This document shows positions 12,211 through 50,196 of a stretch of DNA of 64,000 bases, in pieces (positions within the stretch are counted from its first letter, which is position 1; each line of letters starts with the position of its first letter). A program made the position numbers and the translations under genes. Source of the DNA: Bugula neritina (lineage: Eukaryota > Animalia > Bryozoa); NCBI GenBank assembly GCA_964035545.1, contig OZ037768.1, positions 11,750,741 through 11,814,740 of the forward strand, in the 5' to 3' direction. The notes beneath the pieces were generated by a model that saw only the letters and a program-made list of their open reading frames with translations, was not told the DNA's origin and searched no databases.

Positions 12211-15200
12211 AACCAGCAGGACACCTATCTGCCATTCACCGCAGCTAGGTCAAAGAAACTAAGCTTGATATTTGTCTTGATGCTTAGGCCTATAATAGTG
12301 ACCTGTTCTGTCTCCTTTAATTATCGCTAGTATTGCTATAACTATATTTTATGTGCTTTTTATTGCATTCATGTATCTAATAATATAATATGATATATTA
12401 GCATTGAATGAACATACCATGTATTCATCTCACATCCACTTTATTGTATATATAATAGTATAGATTAGTGTGTAACTTCTGAGAAATTCTTAAAGGATAA
12501 ACGCAGAGGAGGCAATTTTATTACTATAAGTTTTTTATACTAAAAATTATTTTTGCAAATTTTATAAACCATATTGTAAAGTTCAATAGCTCTTAAGATA
12601 ATGCTTAATAGCTTCTTTTTTATTGAATTCAAAGTCAGAAATATCTTCCTTTATTGATTATCCAACTTGTGTATAATTTTCATAAATAAATGGAATCATT
12701 TTTTCTAACAGTGTCACCATGGTTTTATGTGCTGGCTACCTACTACTAGAGTTCATAACTGCAGCCTAATATTCTCCAACACAGACAGCTTAGAATTTAG
12801 TTGCAAAGTGCTAGAACTTTTCTCAAATAATAACTGCTTCTTACTCTGTCCAGCAGGTGTCCTGATACCTAGGTCAGATCAATTAAAAGTTCGTTACAGA
12901 TAGTCTGTCTACATTTCACCACCCAGTTTTTTGCCAAGAAATACATTTCAATTTCTGTTAATGGCTGCAACAATAAGATGATGTTGTTTTAATATACTAG
13001 TATAGGTATGCTTCTCATACTATTGTTTTGTTTTGCTGTATTCCTTACCACATCTCTCATCAACACGTGGCAAGACAAGTTATCCTTCTAGTAAGCAGAA
13101 ACTATTGTAAGAAAATATTATGTGTTCTATACTCTAGTGATCAGTGGAACAAGGATAATTACAAAGTGTTTATGCTGGGTGGTTCTAAACTTTCTAGGCT
13201 ATCTAAAATTCATTCCATAAAAACTAAAAAATTAGTCAATAACAATCTTAATTGCAAAAAGCAGCTTACAATTTATAAAATAATTATTATAATATGTCAA
13301 CTCTTCAATATACATAAACAATTGGCTAATACTATTCTACCCAGTCACATTGAAAATTATCAAAAAATAGGTAACATGAGTGTGTCAAATATGGTCAACC
13401 TGCAGGCTGCATTGCTTTTTTAACCTTTTGTCTGTTTTGGTTATTTTTGCCAAAACATAGACTGATCATGCTGCCACTATAAACTGGCATACATGTACTT
13501 TATAGTTCAACTATAGAGACTGATATACTCGATTAGCAATGAATGATCTACATTTCGATTTTGTCAGGGCATAGAACTAACTGTGGGCATTTTATGTTCT
13601 TTATCATGCTGCTGAAAAGTAGTACATCTACATTTATTCCAAATTCATTAATTAGTTCATAATAACGAAACATGGTAGATACCATGCCAGTAATGACTAT
13701 CTATTATAAGCATGCTTTCTCAAAACTAGCTTTTTTACATGACCCTTAAGCTTGAAATGTTACCCACACATGCTCTATGCAAGATAAACCATATTTTGAC
13801 TGACAAGATAATCATGACAAAACCTTACTGCATAAGTTCTAATATAATAATCAATAGACAATGCATTGTTTTTAATTTATAGTGCATACTGCATATCATT
13901 GAGTTTTTACTTTAAAATTTATAACAAAACTATAAAAAAAAACCACTGAAAAATTAAATCTCAAAAACATTAAAGTATTTCAATCATTTGCAAGCTATAA
14001 CGTTGTTACTAACCAAAATGCCATTCTCATGAATTTGCAAGGGTCGGAACAAGGATATACTGATTAGTAGGTTTCCTTGTGTGTCACAAAATTTGGTTTA
14101 TTTTAATTCAAACCTTCGGCCCACCAGTGTGAGATCTCAAGTTTCTAAAAGTAAAATAATAAAAATTCAAAGTAGATATTGTGTAATATTTAATCTGATT
14201 AGAGCCATCTGCTGCCACATGGTGTCATTTATTACATGCAATATCAAGTTGATTGCTAACCAAGTTAAAGTTGCTAGATGTATTCTGATTTGATTACTAC
14301 TTGCAAGTGCTGTATAGTCTGTAGGGTGCCTATAATACAAAAATGATGTGTTGCAGGATTTGGGTAATAGTTGGAACTGAAAATGCTGAAAGTTTGATAT
14401 TTCTGGCCTAATTATCTCAATCCCAAACTTTGGGTTGTAATCAGGAACTGTGTCAAATATGCATTCTGAATAATATTAAATCTAATTAACTATACTAAGT
14501 ACAACTCATGAAAACAAGTTTACAACTATACAGTCATTAGAAGCATGTATAAGAAGTTTTATTGATTTGGGGTTTTGCTTGTAACATTTTTGCTCATCCA
14601 AAATCGTTGCTCACAAATCCGTTTAACTAAAAACTCAAATTAACTATATTAGAAGCTGCTCTTAACCAAGTAGTATAACAGTAGATAGAACTAATTTTGA
14701 ACTCTAGAAATTGCTACAGGCAGCTGAATTTAAAATCAACACTTATATGCCAAAATATTACTTTATAAGCTTAAAACTACAGCTCTTTTGTTGATAGCAT
14801 AAACCAAAAGAATAATGATAATTATTTTATACTAGTGTCAAATAAAAGGGTTTCATTAGACATCTTGAGCAATTTTAACCATTAACAACAAGCTATCTAT
14901 TAAAAATTTAATTTGAATTTATAGAATTGTGCATATAATGTGTAATAATAATTGATATTATGTAAAAAGTGTAATCAACATTTTGCTGACTATCAGCGCT
15001 TTTATCAAACCATATATTATGGTGGGTTTTATCTTCATTAACTGTTTTATTACATGCAGTCAAAGACTATTTGGAAAACGTGTTAGTAACAAAATAGAAG
15101 GTATAATTAGTAATGAGTGCACAGTTGGTCAAGTTAGTTAGCTGCCTGAATCTCTATAACAAGTAGGTAAAAAGCTGCTCTCTTTTATATAATTATGTGT

Positions 15201-16009
15201 GATCATAATATAAATAAATTGCTATAAAGTTACATGTTTTTTCCATGGTATTAGCTCTTGATTTTTTTAGCAAGCATTGAGCACTCTTTAAAATAAAATT
15301 AGCATGTGTAGCAATTGTAAAACTATCACTAATTGGTTGACTATGAGTACGTTGTTTCAAAAGCCATGTCCACCTTAAGTTGAGCTAGGTTGACCAATTT
15401 TTTCCCCAATGGGTGTGTAGAGAAATGTGTCTGGTAACAATTGTTTGAGGTTGTATTTGTTGAATTCAGTGGCATATCTTTATTTTTTTTAACCAATATT
15501 TAGTCAGTATATTTATGTGTATACGCATAGTACTGCCGTTTTTATTTATATGGTCCGAAATTGCAGTGACATAAAATTAATAAATAAAAGAGAATTTGTT
15601 GGTGCCTGCGCAATTGAAAAATTATGAAAGGAGTTGTGTGCTCTTGTAAGAGTTGCGTCGATTTGTAGAGAGAATAACTCTATATATATTTAAAAGGTAT
15701 GGCCTGTTGCGTGTTATGTGCGTCGATTATAGTTACCGAAAATCTTTGATTATGGGCTACTCTATTAAAGTTATAGGAGCTAGAAGCTGGAAATCCCAAA
15801 GGTACGTCCACGCTCAATTTTTCTATTGTGATCACTATGAATTTTAATTTAGATAATCATAAAGATGATGTAAGACGCAAGCATGGCGAAGGCAAGCAAA
15901 CCGTTATTGCTATAACATTTCGCATATTATATTTAATTACTCAAATACCTATAGTATTTTAAAGCTTGTATTTTTTTAACCAAAGTTTGCCTTTAGCCTT
16001 CAACAGTTC

Positions 16010-16880
16010 AAGTATTACTATTACTATTACTATTAGTATTAGTTATTACTATTACTATTACTATTACTATTACTATTAGTAATAGTGATTTAGTAATACT
16101 ATTAGCATTACAGTAAATGTAATACTATTACTATTAGTATTACTATTACTTTAGTATAGTCATAGGTTCAGGCAACCTACACCTACTCACAGTCACTGTA
16201 GCCGTAGGCTACGCCTACTGGCAGTGGCAGTAACAGTAAGTGTAACTTATCACACATTAAGTTTAACACTGTGACTGTTAGTGTTAATTTAGCAGTTACT
16301 CTTACTCTTAGTCTTACTCTTACAGTTACTGTTAGTTACTGTTAGTGTAAGTGTTATTCCTGACTCGTACTGATACTTATACTCATAGTCTGAGTCATAG
16401 TTATATTACTATTACTAAGTCTAAAATACTATGCCACTGTCTTTGACTTGACACTCAGACTGAAAGTCAAAGTGAAAGGTAAACTTAACTTAATGGTAAA
16501 AACTATATTACATTTACTAATAGTTATGCTTATAGTAATAGTAATACTGTTGGTATTAGTTATGAACTCAGTTTTATGAGTTGTAATCGAATATCAGTCT
16601 TAGACTTGGGGTGGAAAATTAAACGCTTAGTTATTTTACATGTATTACTATTAGTAGTAGTAGTCCTGTAGTAGTAGCAGTAGCAGCAGTAGTAGTGCTA
16701 GTAGCAGTACTACTGCTAGCACTACTACTACTGATACTGCTCACTCAACTAGCACTCCTACTAGTGGCTACTACTACTGCTGCTGCTGCTGCTAGTACTA
16801 CTCACTCAACTAGTATTACTATTAATAGTACTGGTAGTTTTATCTTTAAATCTTATAGCTATTATTTACTCTTTAGTTGT
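16010..16880. repeat. Hexamer-periodic (A[C/G]T-NNN)n fold-back low-complexity tract upstream of the METTL25B coding start
   Basis: ACTATT/AGTATT, ACTCTT/AGTCTT, ACTGTT, AGTCAA/AGTGAA blocks, followed by (AGT/AGC)n to (ACT/GCT)n inverted triplet runs. Confidence 0.85.
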
Positions 16881-17105
16881 AAAATATATAACTATTAATA
16901 TATTTTTAAGATACTTTTGTACTTTTCCATCAAACATTTTATTACCATATTATATCTTACATTGAAGTACTACTTATTTTATAACAATGTTGTTATATGG
17001 TTATAATATATGTTGATTAATCTTTTCAACAGGATGAAATCTATAATCTAAATGACACACTAAGAAAGCGTGAAAGTAAAAAGTAGTCAGATTAGAAATC
17101 GATAA

Positions 17106-24638
<7,533 letters not shown>

Positions 24639-26086
24639 CAACTCCCATCATTGCTGATACCACTATCTTGCTACTGCAGACTGAACGTCTAGTAACTATC
24701 CGTGGACAATACTGGAACTTAGCACGATAGAGCTATGAGTAGACACATGGAGCGTATGCTACATAATATTAGCCAATTAATTTAAACACTCTATTTGCTT
24801 TAATATATTTTTTCTTCCAATAAGATAACATATATTTTGCAATAAATTGTATAGAACATGCCTACATATACTACATATTTTATGTAAATAATAAATGATA
24901 CAAAATATTTGCACAATGTTGCTTAAGTTTTTATGGCCTTAGTAAGACATAAGTGTATGTGTAGTTGGTTGTGTATGATTGTCTCCAGCTTCACTAGACA
25001 TAAGCACATGTCAAGCTACTGCACAGCTTTGCTATTTGCTTTAACTGGTCAGATTTTTAGCCCAATAGCTTGTAAATATTTTTGAAGCAGACATCCTCAA
25101 TATATTGAGAGTTTTTACTTTCACATCACCAACATTTTCTGAAGTGGGTGCAGAACAAAACACTTGTAAAACAAGATGACTAGTTATATAATACTGTAGT
25201 ACTCTGCAGGCTTTAGATGTTATATATATCAAGTGTTTAGAGCCGGGCTGGTTGAAGTGCAAACACTGTCATCTGTATTAAGCATCCTCAGTAAATGAGT
25301 CCGAGCTTTTTGTATTTCAAATCTTTATAATAGTGCAACCTATGTTTTTATTTGCAGCCCAGTGTCTTTATTGTAATTTGACTTGAAAAATATAATAGCA
25401 AACTAAAAGCTTTATTAGACCAATATTATGTGGTTCAGCTGAGATTTGGAAACAATTTTAAAATGCTTCAAAACTTATTCACATATAAATTGTAAGCCAA
25501 CAGGTCTTATACGCAGGTATACATAGCCAGTATATACATGAATACATATTAGAATTTATGGCTCTGCTGGCATTTCACTGCTGCAGTTGCAAGAATATAA
25601 TCTGTAGGTTTTCTTCTGCTAAATATTTGCATATAATCCCCAAATGTTATTATAAATGCCTCCAGATTAGGTCTATGGTTTACACTGGCATGCTGTACAG
25701 ACTACAGCTGCATAATATTTATGTAATGTGTGTGTTTATAAAATTTATGAACTTGATATTTCTATTATAATATGATTAATAATATGGCATAATTAGAAAA
25801 GGTAATACACTAATACTTTTACATCTTATAGGTTTCTACTTCTTTGCAGCATTTTTCATGCATCGCCCATAAGTAATAGTTATTATATGTGTTGTTTACA
25901 CTTTACATGTATATCTGTGATTGAACATTTAAATATTTATAAAAGAAAATAAAATAAGTGTTTCATAACGTAGTGCTGACTTATATAGTTTATACACAGA
26001 TGCTTGCTAAAGACACAATTACTCAAACTACCTAATACTACCATTGCTGAAATACTTTGTCTAATATGGCGATTGTCTTCTCTTAC

Positions 26087-27331
26087 TTATGCACAGTCAT
26101 CTTCAACTGGCTCATCAGATTTCTCCCGCAAAGCTTTGAGTTCAGTCAACAAATCCTTAATAGCACCACTTTTTTCAGTTTTTCTTTCTGCAAACAGAGA
26201 TCTCTTTTTATGAATACGGAGTAATATAAGCTCTGCTAGTATTGGAGCCAAGCCAAATATTCCCAGACAAGATCCCACATTCAAACAGAATGTTTGCAAA
26301 TGAAAGGCTCTAGCAGTTGCTTCAGTTTGAACTACAAATAATATTCCATAAGCTTTCACCAGAGTTCTTTTGGTCACATCATCTTCAGTGTAGTGAGAAG
26401 TGTATCTGAAGTTATACCCCTGAGAAATGTCATTGCCCTCGTAGCTATCTAGCCGCTCAAACTTGTATGCAGGTAAGCATTGCCTTTCATCGTAGTCAAA
26501 GTTGCAATCCCATATGATAGTGATACCTATTATACCTCCCTTTAAAGTCATTGCCTCAAAAAGCTCATCATTTACCCTCCAAGTTTCATACTCTTTAGTT
26601 TCTGACATACCAACGATATCTGCCAATCTGAAAATTGGGCAATATGGATGTTTGACTGGGTGGTACAGGCAAGATCTAATATAGCTGGTATTAAGGTCCT
26701 CTACTAGGTTACTTCGTCTTTTATCATAGAACGGAAAATAAACATTGTTTTTGATAAAAACAGTAAAGTTGTTTGTGTATTTTAGCTTGGAATATTTGCC
26801 GGATGTAGCACCACTGTCATCTTCTATAGGACACCAAGCTGATACCATGCAAGTATGTGTGCTTGTATTACAAGTTCCGGTAGAAATTCCATGACCCAAG
26901 TGATATGGCTGAAATATTGGCTTGCAATCTTCATCCCTGTCACAATCCGTATACCCAATCCTTTCAGATTCGGGACATTCATCATGCATTTGTTCATTTG
27001 TAACTATGATATTGGTAGCAGTAAAAAAAGCTCCGTTTGTTCCAGGAATTCCTGACAGATCAGACGAATCCCAAATTGCTTTTTTGTTTTTTGATGAACT
27101 GCTCAAAGCTACACCTTTGACTTTACTGGTAGAGCTGGTGCTGTGCTTATGGTCCACATATTGATAACCATTGTTGAGAATAAATATCCACACAATTACT
27201 GAAATAAGCAGACCTACTAGTATAACGTGGTAAAGCAGCCCAATAAACTTTGATTCAATCTGCACGACTTTAGCAGTCTGATATGTGAAACAAGCTTGGT
27301 ATAGGTGGCCTTTTATTTTTTCCCCAATCAT
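26087..27331 (-). CDS. P2X purinoceptor, copy 3 (more divergent), single-exon CDS, 414 aa
   Basis: YQTAK, KVKG, 10 Cys, GYNFRY, RTLVKAYGI, TM2 NVGSCLGIFG. Putative 5'UTR acceptor (TTTTCTTCCTTTGCAG on minus strand) at 27393-27394. Confidence 0.96.
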   Translation of the reverse strand: MIGEKIKGHLYQACFTYQTAKVVQIESKFIGLLYHVILVGLLISVIVWIFILNNGYQYVDHKHSTSSTSKVKGVALSSSSKNKKAIWDSSDLSGIPGTNGAFFTATNIIVTNEQMHDECPESERIGYTDCDRDEDCKPIFQPYHLGHGISTGTCNTSTHTCMVSAWCPIEDDSGATSGKYSKLKYTNNFTVFIKNNVYFPFYDKRRSNLVEDLNTSYIRSCLYHPVKHPYCPIFRLADIVGMSETKEYETWRVNDELFEAMTLKGGIIGITIIWDCNFDYDERQCLPAYKFERLDSYEGNDISQGYNFRYTSHYTEDDVTKRTLVKAYGILFVVQTEATARAFHLQTFCLNVGSCLGIFGLAPILAELILLRIHKKRSLFAERKTEKSGAIKDLLTELKALREKSDEPVEDDCA

Positions 27332-29859
27332 AGTGCTTTAATATATTGCCTATTTTAGGGAGCTTAACGTAGCATTTATTCCATCACCTGAGCTGCAAAG
27401 GAAGAAAATAATTATGTATGACAATAATCAAAGCAAGCTCCTTTGAATGCATGTTACTAAAGCAGCTACTATCTTTTTATTCATAGGTATAAAATCATGA
27501 AACTTAACTGCTTATTTATCAAAAGTATTTTCTATGACATATATATATAGATGTCTTGTAAAACTCCAACGGCAAATAATAATAAAGAGAACATAAACTG
27601 AGTTCTGGTAATTTTTAAATGATGAATTTAAAATTTATGAATTTAAAAAAAATGATTTTTAAGCAATAATTTTTATTCTAAGACAAGAAAGAAACAACAA
27701 TAGACTGACCATTGAAGGCACCAGTTAGGTTTTTGTATGCCATTTATGAAGCAACAAACTCACAACTTCAGTATTACTTCATGTATATCGGAAAAAAAAC
27801 CTTCCAAATAAGGCTAATATATTGTATTTGTGAATAAAAATTTTTTAAACAAGCAAAGGCAAACAAATGAAAAAACATTTTTTTATTCTTTTGGAAATCA
27901 CAAGGATAATACTCAATAAACATTATTTTTGTTGCAAATGTTTGCTTAGTGGGAGTACATTTTGTTAAATATTATAGTAGTATATTTACCTTTACACTTG
28001 ATGGCCCACTCTTGATGCACAGTCTAAGCACATTTCCATTTCTCTCATATCACCTATACATGCAGTAAGCAAATGTCAAGAGGTAAGATATACATGAACA
28101 GACAGCATCTTTCTTTCTGGCAAGTTGTAAGCCATCATCTGATTGGTTGACCTTTAAACTTATCAACCGATTGCTGTTAAAATGAAAATGCAAGATATTT
28201 ATTATTGTTAGACTTGAACATCATTTCATGGACAGCATAAGTAATGAAGTACTGTAAATTGCAATAATGATAGCCATGTATAAGTTTTCCAAATATTATA
28301 ACATAATATATACCGTATTCAAAGTTTAGCAAATTAAACTTATGGCTCTTTTTGCAGCAGCTCTCCAATTATTTTTAGGTAGTTGTATTAGAAATTTTTT
28401 AATCACATATTCTTTGAGCTACATATTATGGGAAAATATTACCAAAATGAGGTCCAAATCCTTGCAGTGTTAGGTGACCCTTGTTCACTACCATCACGGG
28501 GCTGACCTCTAAAAAGAAAGGTTGATAGGAAACTCGCTATTAGCTACATGAGTTATTTTTACGCTACACATTTGGCTATAGCCTGCAAGGGTTCATGTTA
28601 TTTTCTGTTTTTCTTAAAGAATGTGTAAATTCAAACAATATATCTGTTTGTAAAAACTACCTTGCTGCAATAACTTATTCGAGTTGTAATAACTTATGAA
28701 TTGCCTATCATAAGTTTAGGATCGGGAATTGCTAGAAGCAGCACAAAGTTGGGAATCATTGACTGCAGTGTCTGTTTAAACATCTTCGTCTGAACTTTAA
28801 ACTCCCAACTCTAAACTCGGGATTCCAACCACGGTGCCCTCAGTGACCATCAACTTTATATTGCTTCAAGGGATTTCATTAACCTCCTAGACACACTTTG
28901 TAACGTAAAATAGTAGCCATTTTTACAAATGTTCGAGGTTCCAGCACTGCTTGATTAAAAAAAGTTGCGATGGGCTCCTATTGGAGAGATAGACATTCAA
29001 GTCAATTCATTGGATATAAATGTTCAATGAGGTGTCATAGATCGTACCCAATAGCGCACTTGGAGAACTTCAACCCGGACACATAAAAATGGCTGATGGG
29101 AAATAACATTATTATATAACTATACCTAAAGCATTTAATAAATAAAATGCTGCATATATGTCTTGAGCTAAACTCTTTTGTCCTAAAATTCTAACATGGA
29201 TAGCAATTGTTATAGATTGAAATGTGCTGTCACTTGCATCAAAATTGTTCAAAGTTGCTATGTTTCTTTCATATAATTTATTATAATACAATGCTAAGTC
29301 ACTATTGCTACACCGGTAGAGTAATTGCAATGCAAAAATAAGTTAAAATAGTATGTTTAAATTATTAATTATATTTCAAAACCATTTATTTTGTAAAGAA
29401 GTTTCCAATCAGAGCTTTAGTATTATTATGACCACTATATCTATGTGGTATTGGATAGAACATTTCAATAAATGCATGCATATTGTATAATTATATACAT
29501 AAGTGAAAGACGACAGCACCGGCTCAATTAGTCAATAGAGTTGTCTGCTTTAATAAATGTTTTCTACTGCAAACTTTCAGCTTGATGACATGACGTTACG
29601 TTTAGGTTTATGTTGCCTGTTGTTAAGCCCTTTAGTTAGTAATAAAAACATTGAAAGAGTACGAAGTAAAACAAAGAAGCGCAGATATGCTCTATTTACG
29701 TCAATCGCATAATATCTTATATGAGACAAGTAAAATAACGTGAGTAAACAAATATTCAAGAAGCTAAAAACAAAATTTCACGAAACATCGCATACTTTGA
29801 GTTCAATACATTAAATACAGTTATGTTTTAAGGTTGTGGGACGACACCAAACATCTCAA

Positions 29860-47923
<18,064 letters not shown>

Positions 47924-50196
47924 GCCAGCCGAGCTCGGGTCTTATAGCTATATGATGTATCATCTTACAGCTATACGGTGTTATCAATGTGGAAATGTTG
48001 AAGAGCTAGGGATAGCTGACGTTGTGCTTGAGGTGGCCAACGTAGAAGAATGCAATTGGCTACTGCATGCGTTATTACTGAGCAAAGTTCAAAATTTTCT
48101 GGTGCCGTTTATATCAAAAATACAGCCATAATATTTATTAAGTCTTATTATTGCTATGACACTGCTTTATAGGAGTGTCATGTACTATATATTCTGTTTT
48201 TTCAAAGAATATTTTGTATTGTATTGTTTCTTATCAACTTTACAACCGGCTGGCTTACTTACATATTGTCACCATTTGCTCACAATATGACTATATATTA
48301 TATTCTATTACTACTTTTGACATTTTATTGGTTTTATGGAGTTGTCTTACCAAGGTTAGACAATTCTTGACTGAAACTACCTTTACACTTGCATTTCATT
48401 CCCGTTTTTGTGAAATATGCATAATGAATTTTCCTTCATTACTTGTTTTTATATAGAGTAACTTTTAGAATATTTATATCTTGTACAATTTTCCTATGAG
48501 GAGCAATGCAGGCATACTAATTATGTCATATTAACATAATTTTTCCTACAATATTTTCATAATACTTAATTATATAATATTTCTGTATCATAAATTATGA
48601 TTATTTTAATCTTTGTATAAAATGTATTACAATTTTTATATACATATGTCCTAATTGTGCAGAAAACATTATAGTCGTTTTACTATATACCGTACACATA
48701 TATTACTAATATTCTTAATTGCAAACTTTAAACTATTTTATTGGTTCTGACTTGAAATATATTTCAAGAGTTGAATCATCTATTTATTATCTACAACACT
48801 GCAGTTTGCTCTCCTTATAATTTGTTTAATAGTTGTCTACTGACTGCCTCATTTCAGTTCCATAGATGAGATGGATAGATCCCAATTTTGTATACTAAGA
48901 ATACACTAAAAGCTGGGTGGTGATGTACAACGATGTGGTTCAAACATGTGCATGAAACCATTATGATGTGCACATAGTTACAGCTGTTCTAAAACATTTT
49001 TCATTGGGTGATACTGTGTTTAAAAATTGAGCTAAACTTTAATGTATACAAAGCTTGATGGATTTTCATGAATAGGATTGACTTATAATGATGCAAACTT
49101 CATGTACTAATAACTTATGCATTAGGTGTTTTTAAAGAAAGTTGGTCTTTCAAATTTCACTTAGTTTTTTTAAGATAGAAAATGTTTATCATGCTTTTAA
49201 AGCAACCTTCAACCCTTCATAATAGTTCACTTTTGAGTAGCTTATATAAAATGACTACCAATGAAACAATTCTTCTTAGAAGAAAATATAATTAGGAAAT
49301 ATAGCACTATATAAATTAATCAAATGCTGTTAAGTTAGTGTGTTGGTGTTCAATAGATTTTGTATGAGCCATTACCTAGTCAAAAACATATTATAGTTGT
49401 ATGAAGTTATTAAATTTCTTTTATAAAAACAATTGTTTTGTAGTTAAATTTCTTTTATGAGAGCAGCTGTTTTGTAGTTTTTTTAACTTTGATGCTTATA
49501 TAGAAGTTTTGATTGAACAGAGTATTTAAAAACTAGAAAGATCTTTATAAGCATGAAACTGTTATCCAAAGCTTTATGATAATATTGTTTATTTAGAGCA
49601 CTATAATATGCTATACACATTTACTGCAAGAGGTTACCTTGTGCACAGTGATACCTACCTATACATGCTAATTATTTTATCTGAAATATCTCCCAAAAAG
49701 CAACAAACACAAGATGAAGCTACACAGATGTGAACCAGAATACAAGTCAGATTATGCGAATACGCTATAAACATGTCACTTTTATAGCGCACAGCAATAA
49801 TTACTCCACTGTCTTTATAGCATAGAAAATATAAAATTATAATACGCACACCTACACATATGATAAATATTGTGATGGTAATGACTTAATGCAATCAATG
49901 ATACAATAATTATGTTATATTGTGTGTAGGCTACGTGAACATAATAGCATTTTCTTACGACTAGGGATGGATATGGTTAACATATAAGATAATATTTAGC
50001 AGAAGGCCAATTAATAATGTTGAATATCTATAGACTTTTCATACAGCTTGCATATGAGATGTAGTGGTCAGTTATCTAGGTTGTTTGCATTATTTATAAA
50101 TGCACTTTATATATCTATATAAATGTATTTATTTCTATTACTAGAATTCAAACAATTTTATTGTCTAAAATAAAATATTAGACAAAAACATTTACA

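Noticed and set aside
15620-17086. Possible spliced upstream micro-ORF (bicistronic METTL25B) from candidate mini-exons, including a GC donor near 15892
   Set aside because: Could not assemble a convincing phase-consistent ORF beyond about 20 codons; more likely 5'UTR. Needs cDNA.
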